A stretch of 64,000 bases of DNA from an uncultured Nitrososphaeraceae archaeon. GTDB taxonomy: Archaea; Thermoproteota; Nitrososphaeria; Nitrososphaerales; Nitrososphaeraceae. The stretch lies in the NCBI GenBank assembly GCA_963779615.1, contig CAVZZA010000005.1, positions 192,001-256,000 on the forward strand. The letters are read 5' to 3'. The translations under genes and the position numbers were made by a program. The notes under the pieces are model-generated. The model saw only the letters and a list, made by a program, of their open reading frames with translations, searched no databases and was not told the origin of the DNA. Positions 10,590 through 20,968 of this stretch are shown here, one piece after another (position 1 is the first letter of the stretch; each line of letters opens with the position of its first letter).

Positions 10590-10927
10590 AACGGGTCCGA
10601 TGGGGTTAGTGATGATATTGGGCCTTAAAAGTAGATTCCAATTCTATTGGAACTGTTAAGGGTTTAAAGTTTTCAATTATAAAAAATACAATATCCTTTT
10701 TTTGTCATGGTATAAACAAATATGCAAGTTATCAGTATCTTTTATTGCTATTTAATGCATGTAAAAACAATATTGTTAAATTAGAAGATAAAGTTATGCT
10801 AAACATTCCTCTTTGCATTTATAGTGTTAAGATTGTGCCTACCTTTTCAGGTAAACAAATTCAGATAAAACATCAGGTAACAGCAATCCCATTCCAATTA
10901 TACGAAAAAATGTACATTTTTCCAACT
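10590..10927 (+). promoter_or_regulatory. Conserved ~338-bp upstream leader of secreted paralogue 1
   Basis: Colinear with 34415..34752 and, in part, 31975..32112; contains repeated TCAG(G/A)TA motifs. Confidence 0.7.
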
Positions 10928-11528
10928 GTGAACAACACCAAAAATTTATTATTGATAGCTGTAATCGCAACAACACTCGTTATGGGCACAAGCGTTATCC
11001 CAATGCAGTCATATGCAGATAGGGACAATGACAACCACAAAAAAAATAACGACTTTAAATCAAAAATAATTGCAAGCTCAGAGTCAGGCAAAAAGAGCGC
11101 AAGCCAACACCAACACCAACACAACTTCTGCTACGGGGGCGACGATTGCCAGCAGGCAAACCAGGGACAACAATTAGCAGGAAAGGACAACGACGCAACT
11201 GGGTTCAATGACCAGAGCGACAACCTTTCAGTAGAATTCGCAGCAGATAACGGAACAGGAACAGGCAATGGGAACGGAAATGGCGAAACAACACCCCAAC
11301 AAAAATGTGAACTTTGTCTACTGAATGTTAACCTAACAGCCTTCTTCAACAATCATCCAGTTCGCGAGTTAGGAATTGATACCAATGCAGAGCTTTGTGC
11401 ATCACTCTCAAACGGAACACTTCCAACCAGCTGTATTAAACAGGTTGGTGGATTTTCTTAGCGATGCTACAGAGCAATGCTTGATAGACGCAGGCATTAA
11501 TCTACCAACAAGGGCTCCAGAAATATAG
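10928..11528 (+). pseudogene. Secreted Q/N-rich family paralogue 1 with a Cys-containing helical C-terminal domain; probable frameshift near 11425
   Basis: GTG 10928 aligns with the MNNTK starts of paralogues 2 and 3; a shifted frame continues PAVLNRLVDFLSDATEQCLIDAGINLPTRAPEI to TAG 11528. Confidence 0.7.
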
Positions 11529-11855
11529 AATAGAATTCCTCAATGGTGAAAAAGACACCAACAAAATATGTTGTTCTCCACTAAAAACAACATAGGTAGC
11601 AGGTGAAAAAATGCAGTAACAAATGTAGCCTGCCATGTCTACTTTTATTGTGGTATGGATAATCATAATTGTAAAGAATTATGAATATAAAAATAATGGC
11701 TTTTAGCCAATAAACTGAAGTTTGTTAATAACTTTTAATAAAGTTTTTAAATAAGTTATTAATATTAGATAGTAGCATTAAGTAGAAAAAAGATATATAA
11801 GAAATAATGGAATTTCATTAATAGAAAAATGCATACGTTATTAAGATAACTAGAT

Positions 11856-12785
11856 TTGTATGTTAATTTGTTTAATGTGAATGTTTTAAATTTAAAGTCA
11901 TTTCAGGGAAGTAATCTAAGTAAAATTCTTTCTTTTTGCGGCCTTATCGTGTTTTCGATGGCAGTCAGTTTGTTTTATGGGTGGGTTGGAGGCAGCTACA
12001 GCAGCAACGATAACAATGTTGACTATGCATTTGCCGCAGCCGCAACAGTAGGCGAAAACGGACAAAACCAACAACAACAAACACAACAACTCCAGCCAAG
12101 CATAAACGCCCAATCCATTTTCGAAACAAAGACCGCCGTGCTTGGAAACAACGTAAAAAACCTTATTGTTTTGATTCCAGACGAGGCCCACCACGGCAAC
12201 GGAGAGGCCAAAGAGGCCCGGTTCATTGAGCAATCATTCCTGCCCCAGAAGGCCATCGTAAACAAGGGAACAAACGTCATATGGTTTAGTGGTGACGTAA
12301 GTCATGACCACAAAATCATACTAAACGACAAATTAAACTCCTTCAGTCCAAGCCCATATGACAGTGGAGTTCTTACGGAATTCACCCCATCAAATCCTGT
12401 CGTCTTTAACGCAGCGGGCAGTTATGAATACAGCAGTCCGGAGATAGACCAGGAAGCCGAACAGAAGGGGTTTGTCATGAGAGGGGACATTGTCGTTACG
12501 GACCAGCCAAACAAATTATTGGGTTCAAATATGAACAATGCCAATAACGCAGACACGGTGGGAATCTACATGGTCCCCACAAAAAAGGCTGATGAATACG
12601 TTTCGCAGTTCAAAAACAAGGGATTTTCGATAGACAGCACGTACTCCTTCAAGGATGTTCGCGGTTTGGCAAGGGGAACCGGCTCAGAGCAAACACTGGT
12701 GGTGTGGACTGCTGGCCCAAACATGGGTGTGGACAGTGTGGTTGCAGCACTAAAAGAGATAGCGCCAACATTGCCATACAAGTGA
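11856..12785 (+). CDS. Secreted cupredoxin-like protein
   Basis: Signal/TM helix; FLPQKAIVNKGTNVIW..D..HDH, FNAAGSYEY and MRGDIVV cupredoxin pattern; lacks the T1 Cys. Confidence 0.65.
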   Translation: MYVNLFNVNVLNLKSFQGSNLSKILSFCGLIVFSMAVSLFYGWVGGSYSSNDNNVDYAFAAAATVGENGQNQQQQTQQLQPSINAQSIFETKTAVLGNNVKNLIVLIPDEAHHGNGEAKEARFIEQSFLPQKAIVNKGTNVIWFSGDVSHDHKIILNDKLNSFSPSPYDSGVLTEFTPSNPVVFNAAGSYEYSSPEIDQEAEQKGFVMRGDIVVTDQPNKLLGSNMNNANNADTVGIYMVPTKKADEYVSQFKNKGFSIDSTYSFKDVRGLARGTGSEQTLVVWTAGPNMGVDSVVAALKEIAPTLPYK

Positions 12786-12804
12786 TGCCTTTGCTGTAGT
12801 AGGC

Positions 12805-14139
12805 GTGCGCAGTATGCCCAAGTGTTTTTGCCCCCTGAGAGTCCTTTTGGGGGTTCTGATGGTTTTCAGTCTGCCTTTAGTGTCACCATTACCATACAAA
12901 ACAACGGTGATGGGCACAAATGCCGAGGGGGCACCACCACAACCTGCAACCGGGGCACAAGGGTCGGGTCTGTCCAGCCTTAACCAGTCTGCCGGTAGTG
13001 ATGATGGTGACAAAACTGAAAATTACGGCAATGGCTCCCCTTCTGAACCATCGTCCTTCAACGCCTCCTTTCCTCAATCCCCCTATTCCCCCGACTTTTC
13101 CGTTTTCGACAATGCCAGCAGGCACTATGACAACCCCAACGCTAAGCCAATCTCCGTTTGGGACTATGACAAACTGAAAAACTGCAGTGTAGACACAGGC
13201 AAAAGCCCATCGTCTCTGGAATACCTTACCTACTTTAACTGTGGCCGCGTAAAGGTTGACTTGTTGCCCGAGGGCAAACAGCAGGTGACAAGGGAGTTTA
13301 CCCTGGTAGCCAAGGAAAACCAGTCCATACCCATTGCATACAATGGCCTAAAGTTTGAAAATGCCTGGACGTTTAACGGCACGATTCCAGGCCCAACCAT
13401 GAGGGCTACCCAAGGTGATTTGGTGAAGATAACCGTTGTGAACAGCATGGGTAACAACCATTCCCACTCACTGCATTTGCACTCGATACACTCTGGGGAT
13501 ATTGATGGGATTGATGGGGAAGCAGGCGCAATAGCACCGGGCCACAACTTCACCTACACATTTGTCGCCCAACCCTATGGCGTCTATCCATACCACTGCC
13601 ATGTCACACCAATCGAACAGCACATCAACAAGGGTCTCTATGGTGTCTTCATGATTGACCCCCCGGTTCCAAGGCCCCAGATGAGGGAGATGGTTATGCT
13701 GATGAACGGCTATGACTTGGACTATGAAAAGGAGGGGGTGGGCCCAAGCAGGATTCCAACCCCAGAGGAGGTAGCGGATGACTTTATGCCGCAGGCCTTT
13801 GAGCATGTCAACGAGGTTTACACGGCAAACGGAAAGGCGTTTGACTACATGAACCATCCAATACTTCTGCAGAAGGGTGTCCCCTACCGAGTCTATGTTG
13901 TCAACATGCTGGAATTTGACCCGGTGAACAACTTTCATCTGCACGGAAATGTGTTCAAGTATTACCCAAGCGGCACATCCGAAACACCGGCATTTGTAAG
14001 CGACATCATTGCGCTGACCCAGGGTGATAGGGGAATAGTGGAGTTTAAGTTTGACCTTCCCGGCAAATACATGTTCCATTCCCACATAAACGAGTTGTCG
14101 GATTTGGGATGGATGGGATTTTTTGAGGTAAGGGGATAG
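12805..14139 (+). CDS. Two-domain multicopper oxidase
   Basis: FNGTIPGPTMR, HSLHLH, YPYHCH...H, NNFHLHG and YMFHSH motifs; N-terminal signal region. Confidence 0.92.
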   Translation: MRSMPKCFCPLRVLLGVLMVFSLPLVSPLPYKTTVMGTNAEGAPPQPATGAQGSGLSSLNQSAGSDDGDKTENYGNGSPSEPSSFNASFPQSPYSPDFSVFDNASRHYDNPNAKPISVWDYDKLKNCSVDTGKSPSSLEYLTYFNCGRVKVDLLPEGKQQVTREFTLVAKENQSIPIAYNGLKFENAWTFNGTIPGPTMRATQGDLVKITVVNSMGNNHSHSLHLHSIHSGDIDGIDGEAGAIAPGHNFTYTFVAQPYGVYPYHCHVTPIEQHINKGLYGVFMIDPPVPRPQMREMVMLMNGYDLDYEKEGVGPSRIPTPEEVADDFMPQAFEHVNEVYTANGKAFDYMNHPILLQKGVPYRVYVVNMLEFDPVNNFHLHGNVFKYYPSGTSETPAFVSDIIALTQGDRGIVEFKFDLPGKYMFHSHINELSDLGWMGFFEVRG

Positions 14140-14403
14140 CAACCAAATGTTTTGCCTACATGCGCATCTTTTACCTTGCCTCACTAACCAAGTTTTTTTA
14201 CCAATTGTTTTAGGAGGTTATCCGGAAAACCTATTATGCATAAAGGGAGTTGACTGGTCGTCACCATTAACTCGGAGTAGCCAAAGCCAAAGAAAAATAG
14301 CGAATACAGAAATTCTTCATACTGTACTATCAAACATTAAAAATTGATAAAACAGGATAAAACCATTTATTTTGATGACCATTTTGTCATCCATTTGTAA
14401 GCG

Positions 14404-15003
14404 ATGGCAGATATTCCGGGTCTGATGGCAATAGGCATCTCAGGATTTGCCGCTACTAATATTGATGATATTTTTGTGCTTATGATGTTCTTTTCATATT
14501 CTTCCATGACTTTTCCAGTAAAGCAAATAGTGGCGGGTCAGTACATAGGGATAGGTCTGCTTGTAGCTATTAGTGCATTGGGTTTTTTTTTCTCACTGGC
14601 TGTTCCGTCATATATTATAGGGCTATTGGGCATAGTGCCGATAGCAATAGGCGTTAGGAAGCTTGTCGCGTTAAGAAAGAAAAGCGAACCCCATTCAAAC
14701 CAGGCCTCACAGCATAAGAAAAAAAATGTGGCTTTTGCAGCTGTCGCTTCTGTGACCTTTTCAAATGGAGGTGACAATATTGGGGTTTATACTCCGCTGT
14801 TTGCAAAATATGATTCTCCAGGAGAAATTACTGTGCTTGTAGCAGTTTTTATGGCAATGACTGCTCTATGGTGCATTGTAGCATATTACCTCGTTAACCA
14901 TCCTCTGGTTGCATCAATGCTTCGTCATATTGGACACAAAATTTTGCCTTTTATCCTCATTGGTCTTGGAGTATACATCCTGACTGAATCTTTTGCTTTT
15001 TAA
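14404..15003 (+). CDS. cadD: Cadmium resistance transporter CadD family (LysE superfamily)
   Basis: FAATNIDDIFVL, GQYIG and NGGDNIGVYTPLF motifs. Confidence 0.88.
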   Translation: MADIPGLMAIGISGFAATNIDDIFVLMMFFSYSSMTFPVKQIVAGQYIGIGLLVAISALGFFFSLAVPSYIIGLLGIVPIAIGVRKLVALRKKSEPHSNQASQHKKKNVAFAAVASVTFSNGGDNIGVYTPLFAKYDSPGEITVLVAVFMAMTALWCIVAYYLVNHPLVASMLRHIGHKILPFILIGLGVYILTESFAF

Positions 15004-15329
15004 TGTCCGTCATAGTTACGGCTAATACTCTAAACTATAAAGCTTCTACATTGTACTGTGTATGTAGAAGTAATGAATGTTCACTGTGCTTTGGTGTAAG
15101 CTAAATTGCCGCAAATATTTACCATGCCAACCATCATTAAAAAAGAGACACTTACCAATCAGGTTTTCAACTATTTCCTTTTCTCTGGGTTTGTTTTTCA
15201 TCAAGAACAATACAAAAAACTACATATGTATCAATAAAAAATGCAGTAACAGGGATAGCGGCCAAGAAAAGGCTGTAACATGGATAGAAAAACTCATCTC
15301 TTTATAAGCCAACTAGATAGCAATATCGG

Positions 15330-15452
15330 TTGTTGTCGGCATTATCCGCAAAAGACAAAGAAAATCTGGTTATAGACTTGCTGAACAAAGGTCATAAGAC
15401 AAGGTGGATTTCAAAGCTGGCACATGTTTCGAATACCTGTATAGTAGCTTGA
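15330..15452 (+). pseudogene. Truncated N-terminal HTH fragment
   Basis: LSAKDKENLVIDLLNKGHKTRWISKLAHVSNTCI resembles an HTH N-terminus; stops after 40 codons. Confidence 0.45.
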
Positions 15453-15549
15453 ATGCAAGGGATATTACAAGTGTATCTATATATACAGTCCATCTTGGGA
15501 ATCTTTTGTACTGTTAAGTTGAGAATTAGAAGTCTATACCGTAATTTTA

Positions 15550-16449
15550 GTGATATTCAGCGTGGCTTGCATAGGCGTGGTGACTATTTCCCATTCTAAT
15601 CATATTAATGCTCTTGATAACAAGAATAATAATACTGGCAATGGTAATGGCAATAGCACCATCTTTGCTGCAACAACTAACGCTACTGATAGCCTGATCA
15701 CAAACATCCTGGCAAAGAATCTTGAAGATCATCTTAAAAAAGCGGGAGCCATCTTAGAAATAACAAGCAAACTACCTCAAGTGAGAAACGTATCTTATGC
15801 CCATTTACTCAATCAAACATTAAACACATTACATGGAATACCTGAACATGCAGATACAGAAAAAAGACAGGTGGCTAAGGACATAGTAGCAAGTAATAGT
15901 GACTTGCGTGAAGTTTTCTTTATCATGCCAAATGGAGACGCCTATTTATTTGAACCTTACTCTACACAGCAGAATCTTACCACAAACAATTTTGCATTTA
16001 GGGACTATTTTCAAGGGGCAATTAAAACAAACGATGCTTATTTAGGAAATGTGATAAACACTAAGACCGCCTCTAGTTTTAGAGGAGGCGCGATAGCTAT
16101 TCCTGTGTATTCCTCTTCTCAACATAACTCCAGTATTTCCGGAGTATGGGTTGGTGGTATTGATTTTAAGGTCTTTGACAAAGACCTTCAGTCGCTAAAC
16201 CTACCACCAGGCGAAAGAGTTGTTTATGCAGGCTACAAAGGACAGAAAGTAGCAGATTCTGATATAAATAAAAGCAAAACTGCAGAATCTTTTGCCACTC
16301 TCAATAGTTTTAAGAATGCGTTAAATGGAAAGTCAGGCTCAACAATAGACACCATAGATAACACAAAGATGCTAGTAACATATCACCCAGTGATGGTATT
16401 TCATAACACTTGGACTGTTCTTTTGATGCAAACAATACCGCCACAATAA
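15550..16449 (+). CDS. Stand-alone extracellular dCache-domain protein
   Basis: Signal helix, FFIMPNGD.Y..EP, FAFRDYFQGA and AIAIPVY motifs; no second TM helix or output domain. Confidence 0.8.
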   Translation: MIFSVACIGVVTISHSNHINALDNKNNNTGNGNGNSTIFAATTNATDSLITNILAKNLEDHLKKAGAILEITSKLPQVRNVSYAHLLNQTLNTLHGIPEHADTEKRQVAKDIVASNSDLREVFFIMPNGDAYLFEPYSTQQNLTTNNFAFRDYFQGAIKTNDAYLGNVINTKTASSFRGGAIAIPVYSSSQHNSSISGVWVGGIDFKVFDKDLQSLNLPPGERVVYAGYKGQKVADSDINKSKTAESFATLNSFKNALNGKSGSTIDTIDNTKMLVTYHPVMVFHNTWTVLLMQTIPPQ

Positions 16450-16729
16450 CAATCAACTATCACAAGCCTTATAATAAGAACGACCTATTTGCCACTGTTC
16501 TCCTACTAGTGTAGTTAAATGTAAAGCAACAAGATAGGACGCTGTAACATAAGCATCACAGTATTTGATTACATACTTATCATACGACTACTTTGATGAA
16601 AAAATTTTTAAACTCCAAAAACTTGTGGAGCACTATTATCTCAAGCAAAACTATTCACAATGAAATATCAAGTTTAACCGTAGTGGAAGGTATGACATGT
16701 TTGCTCTTCACACCTACTACAAATCAAAG

Positions 16730-17128
16730 AAAAAACAGTAACAGCTGTTATGGATAACAGTTTCAAGTAGCCTCAGCTGACATCACTTGTCCTACTGCAA
16801 CATCCAAGACAATAAAGCACCAACATCCATGCCCTGACACGGCATAAAACTCTAAAGCGGCGGAACAGGTAATCATCAAACGGGGATATGAACTTCATAT
16901 CCCACCCAAAAGAAGGAGGGTGGGAGAGAAGGCAAAGGACAAAGAGAAGACGTTCCAAAGAGGGCATCCTTCAAGAAGGGCGATGTGGTGGAGAGAACAA
17001 ACTCTTGGCACAAAAGGTTCAGAATTCTGTCCACACAGTATGAAAAGAAAGCAGACAACTATCTGGGGTTGGTGCAGTCTGTCATGCAGTATCATCATCT
17101 GCAGAAAGATAATTTTGGGATAGGCTCT
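16730..17128 (+). mobile_element. IS5-family transposase C-terminal remnant with right end
   Basis: Frameshifted frames give KRGYELHIP...HPSRR/VVERTNSWHKRFRILSTQYEKKADNYLGLVQ...IILG; ends ttttgggataggctct. Confidence 0.75.
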
Positions 17129-17134
17129 AAATCA

Positions 17135-17801
17135 GGCTCTGTTCACTTAATGATAAATCTATAGCTAGAAGATGCTCTATCTCCTTTATGTGCAATAAAA
17201 GAAACAGAACGCCTTCAGAGTATATTGGGTATGGTTTATATTTTTATTTTTCAGGCCTGTCATTGAGAAGAACATCCGAAAGGCTATCGCATTTTATCAA
17301 AAGGAATCATGTCTCTATTTGGAACTGGATACAAAAATACAATCCTCGGAAAATATCATCAAAGAAAAAAAGGTTGATGAATTTATTGTTGATGAAGCCC
17401 TGATTAAAGTTGGCTCGGAATTTATCTGGCTTTGGGTTGCTATTGAACCAAACGATAAAGAAATCCTTGCGATAAGCATATCAAAAGAGCGAAATATGTT
17501 TGTGGCAGAGCGTTTTCTATCATCTGTAGTAAAAGAGTATGGAGAACATCCAGTTTCGACAGACGGCGGTACTTGGTATCCACAAGCATGCAGGTTCCTG
17601 AAACTACAGCATCATTTGCATTCCTCTTACGAGAAAAGTATCATTGAGAGAACTATGCAGTATATCAAGGACAGAACTGAAAGCTTTGATGACTACTCCA
17701 TGCAGAAAAAAGAATTGCAAACTAAAACATGTTATAAATTGGTTGAATCTTTTTGTAGATTACCATAATAGAGAAATGGAAATTGTTAAGTGAACAGAGC
17801 C
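17135..17801 (+). mobile_element. IS6-family element, 667 bp, transposase with two frameshifts
   Basis: Perfect 16-bp TIR GGCTCTGTTCACTTAA; 8-bp target duplication CTAAATCA (17127..17134 and 17802..17809); VDE, WVAIEP, STDGGTWYPQAC and IERTMQ motifs. Confidence 0.95.
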
Positions 17802-17881
17802 CTAAATCATATTGACAGTATTCAAATACTATATGTAATATATTAACAATATTATGTTTCTATAATTTTATGTTTCTATAA

Positions 17882-18498
17882 TTGACAATGAAGGATGACG
17901 ATGATGATGATAACAATACCAGGAGGCATTCAAATCCGGTTACTGTAATCGTTAAACGTATTGCCAAAAAAGATAAAACCAAAGACTTTGAAGAATGGCT
18001 TTCAGGAATTTCCAAAGAATTCTCTAGGCAAGACGGAAGTATGGGTATTGATATAACCAGACCTACTGACAGGAATAAAACTAAATCTGAATATGTCATA
18101 ATATTTAGGTTTAACACATATGAGGATATTGAGAAATGGGAAAAATCAGTCATACGAAATGAGTGGTTACAAAAAAGTTGAGAATTAGCAGAAGCCAATT
18201 ATGATGTGCAAAAACTGTCAGGGCTAGAGTTTTGGTTTACTCCATATCTTAAAGATGAGTCTTCACCCATTGTTCCTCTAACCCTCTCCCATGGCACAAA
18301 ATGGTAATTGTTACTATTCCAGTTATTTCTGTTCTGCTCCTAATTTTGGTTCCTCAAATTCATGTTTTGACAGAAATGTTGTCAATTCCTTATGCGATAA
18401 GACTTGTTATCGCTATTACGATAATAGTTCTGCTAATGACTTATGTGATAATGCCTCTTCTAACAAAATTATTAAGATCTTGGTTATACAAGTCCTGA
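17882..18498 (+). pseudogene. ABM-domain membrane protein (COG3224-like) with a nonsense codon and a frameshift
   Basis: VTVIVKR..FEEWL, YVIIFRF; past TGA 18179 the frame reads SGLEFWFTP; a shifted frame gives KMVIVT...LMTYVIMP. Confidence 0.8.
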
Positions 18499-18950
18499 CA
18501 AAAATTAGGCATTTAGGACAGACAATTAGAACTTGATGCTAATGCTAATCCCTAGTATGGATTTTTTGTTGGTCCTATTGATTTCAAAACTGATTAAAGT
18601 GAAATATCATTTTGTTTCAAGTTGTGAAGGGACTTAACCTTTGTCTTTCAGAAGGCCATATTTGTCCATACATTGCAGATGCTTATCTCTTAAATGCTGT
18701 TCTCTTCTGTCTGTTTTTTACCAAATGTATCAAAAAATCTAATGGTTTGAACCTCATTAAAGTCAAATTTAATGCGCACCTGGAGGTTTGAGTTTGGCAG
18801 GCAAAAGGGTTCAACAGCTATTTTGGGATTAACATAGCAAATAATTTTTTTCTATGTCATATGTAATGTTTTGATTGCGCATATGTAGTATGAGTTAAAA
18901 GCAGCATACTGTTTAAAAAATAAAAACAATAATCACAAATATAATGGCAT

Positions 18951-19118
18951 ATGACTTCAGCAGACAACAAAACATCTGAAGAAGATGATAAACCTGAAAT
19001 CAGCAAAATTGTATATGAAGACAAGGGCACGTGGACTGTAGAGCAAGAAGGCAGATGGATAGGACAAATCAGAGGAGTAGGCGCATCTCCAAGCGGGACT
19101 GAAAAAGACTTAATTTAA
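18951..19118 (+). CDS. Hypothetical 55-aa microprotein
   Basis: MTSADNKTSEEDDKPEISKIVYEDKGTWTVEQEGRWIGQIRGVGASPSGTEKDLI; its stop overlaps the next ATG (TAATG). Confidence 0.45.
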   Translation: MTSADNKTSEEDDKPEISKIVYEDKGTWTVEQEGRWIGQIRGVGASPSGTEKDLI

Positions 19119-20095
19119 TGCGGATTACATTATTGATAATGGACAGTAAATCAAATCCTTCAAAGTTTTGCAACAAAGGGAGAATGGTATTTATGTCATA
19201 TTTTACAACAGGATTGCTATTATTATTCACTTTGACAGTTATTGTTAACTATGCAAATGCTCAGGATGAAAATGTTAATATTAACACAACAAAATTAACC
19301 AACAATACATATATGCTTAAAGGCTCAGGAGGAAACATTGTTGTTTCTGTTGGACAGGATGGTGTTATTATGGTCGATGATCAATTTGCACCTCTTACCG
19401 AAAAAATTAAAGAGGCGATTTTGAACATAACAAATCAGCCTGTTAAATTTGTAATCAATACTCATTGGCATTCTGACCACACAGGGGGAAACGAAAATTT
19501 TGGTGAATTAGGCTCAATAATAGTATCTCATGATAATGTGAAAAAACGTCTTAGTTCACAGCAATTCTCAGAGTTCTTTAACCGAACGGTTCAACCATTG
19601 CCAGAAAAGGGTTTACCAATTATTACTTTCTCAGATAACATGACTATCTTTCAGAACGGTGATGAGATAAAGGTAATTCATGTAGATAACGGTCACACCG
19701 ATGGAGATTCCATTGTGTTCTTTACAAAGAATAATGTAATCCACGTTGGAGATGACTTTACTGACAAATCATATCCATTCATTGACATATCAAGCGGAGG
19801 TAGTATAGATGGGTTGATTTCATCATTACAGACAATATCATCAACAATTGATGATGAAACCAAGGTAGTATCTGGCCATACAGAAATATCCAATAAAACA
19901 AAAGTTAATGATCTCACAAACATGCTAAAAGATGTACGCCAGAATGTTAGCCAAATGATAGAGGATGGAAAATCTTTGGAAGAAATAATTGCTTCACACC
20001 CAACGTCAAATTACGATGAAACCTATTATGACCATAGCACAATAAAACCAGAAGACTTTGTAACATTCATTTATCAAAGCCTCACCAAGAAATAG
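19118..20095 (+). CDS. Secreted MBL-fold metallo-hydrolase (cyclase-like)
   Basis: INTHWHSDHTGGN, GHTDGD, HVGD and SGH motifs; signal peptide ending ANA-QD; true start may be downstream. Confidence 0.9.
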   Translation: MRITLLIMDSKSNPSKFCNKGRMVFMSYFTTGLLLLFTLTVIVNYANAQDENVNINTTKLTNNTYMLKGSGGNIVVSVGQDGVIMVDDQFAPLTEKIKEAILNITNQPVKFVINTHWHSDHTGGNENFGELGSIIVSHDNVKKRLSSQQFSEFFNRTVQPLPEKGLPIITFSDNMTIFQNGDEIKVIHVDNGHTDGDSIVFFTKNNVIHVGDDFTDKSYPFIDISSGGSIDGLISSLQTISSTIDDETKVVSGHTEISNKTKVNDLTNMLKDVRQNVSQMIEDGKSLEEIIASHPTSNYDETYYDHSTIKPEDFVTFIYQSLTKK

Positions 20096-20241
20096 ATATG
20101 CATCCAGTGATTTAATAAAATATTTCATTTCGTTTTGTTCAAATCAATAGAAAAAGTGAAATTGATTTGGCAACAGACCAGGTTTTGAAATTCCATTCCG
20201 ACTACCTAATACTGCAAAACATGGAAAAGGCCTGACGTGTC

Positions 20242-20475
20242 TTGATGGAAAACAGGAAGAACCTGGGTGCGTATTTGGGTTTACTTGAATTCGTGAATGG
20301 AAACAAAATTAAGGTGAAGGACTTGAACCATGCTGTTGGTCTGGCAAAGAACATGCATAATCTAGAGCAAGAGAAAGCGCAATTAGAGTTCGATATATAC
20401 ATGCTGATGGATACAAAAAAGTGGTATGAGAAGGAACTAGACATACTAAAAAGCAAGTATTACAAAATCCGATAA
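20242..20475 (+). pseudogene. Coiled-coil fragment, probable remnant
   Basis: Short heptad-like ORF lacking a clear N-terminus; a loosely similar remnant lies at ~27170..27280. Confidence 0.35.
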
Positions 20476-20594
20476 GTGCATTCATATGTCATATTCAAAA
20501 ACGTCTGAATGCATAAGCGTGCGACTATCTGGATCGGATAATTTTCATCATTAACTTTGTCAGCTTTTTGTAATTCCATATTTTTATTTCCTAT

Positions 20595-20811
20595 GTCCTC
20601 CTAAAGAGTATGTCAAAAATGTCTCCGATGTGTCCGGTCTCCAGACCTTAGATTTTAAGCACTAAACCCTCGTCTATGCCCGGAGACAACTTTTAAAACC
20701 GGAGACAAATTAACCAGAAGAGAAAGTTATGTCCGGGTTCTCTGCGCATATTTGTGCCTATCCGGAGATAATGGAGACATTGGAGATAAACTTCCCATTT
20801 TGTTATGGATG
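20595..20811. repeat. Dispersed ~200-bp GGAGACA/TGTCTCC element, copy A
   Basis: Colinear with 21943..22158 and 24570..24770; shared blocks ccggagacaacttttaaaaccggagacaa and tccggagataatggagacattggagataaa. Confidence 0.9.
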
Positions 20812-20881
20812 TTAGCAGAATAGATACTAGAAAGTTTATCAAATAATTTATCTATTAGAACTATATTATTATTGGATATAA

Positions 20882-20968
20882 TTGGCATTTAAATGTAAAA
20901 AGTGCAATCTGGAGTTTGAAGAAAAAAAGCGTTTAGAGATCCATAAAAAAGTGCACAATCGCAAATAA
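20882..20968 (+). CDS. C2H2 zinc-finger microprotein (28 aa, possibly truncated)
   Basis: TTG start; MAFKCKKCNLEFEEKKRLEIHKKVHNRK matches F-x-C-x2-C-x3-F-x5-L-x2-H-x3-H. Confidence 0.7.
   Translation: MAFKCKKCNLEFEEKKRLEIHKKVHNRK

Noticed and set aside
12805-14139. Nitrite reductase NirK
   Set aside because: HxH motifs in both domains (HLH, HCH, HLH, HSH) indicate a trinuclear-cluster 2dMCO rather than NirK
17360-17375. Programmed -1 frameshift in the IS6 transposase A-run
   Set aside because: The second IS6 copy is in frame here and this copy has another frameshift near 17698; simple decay is more likely
19118-20095. Antibiotic-resistance metallo-beta-lactamase
   Set aside because: It has Asp (VGD) where class B1 enzymes have Cys; a generic MBL-fold hydrolase, with no basis for a resistance call
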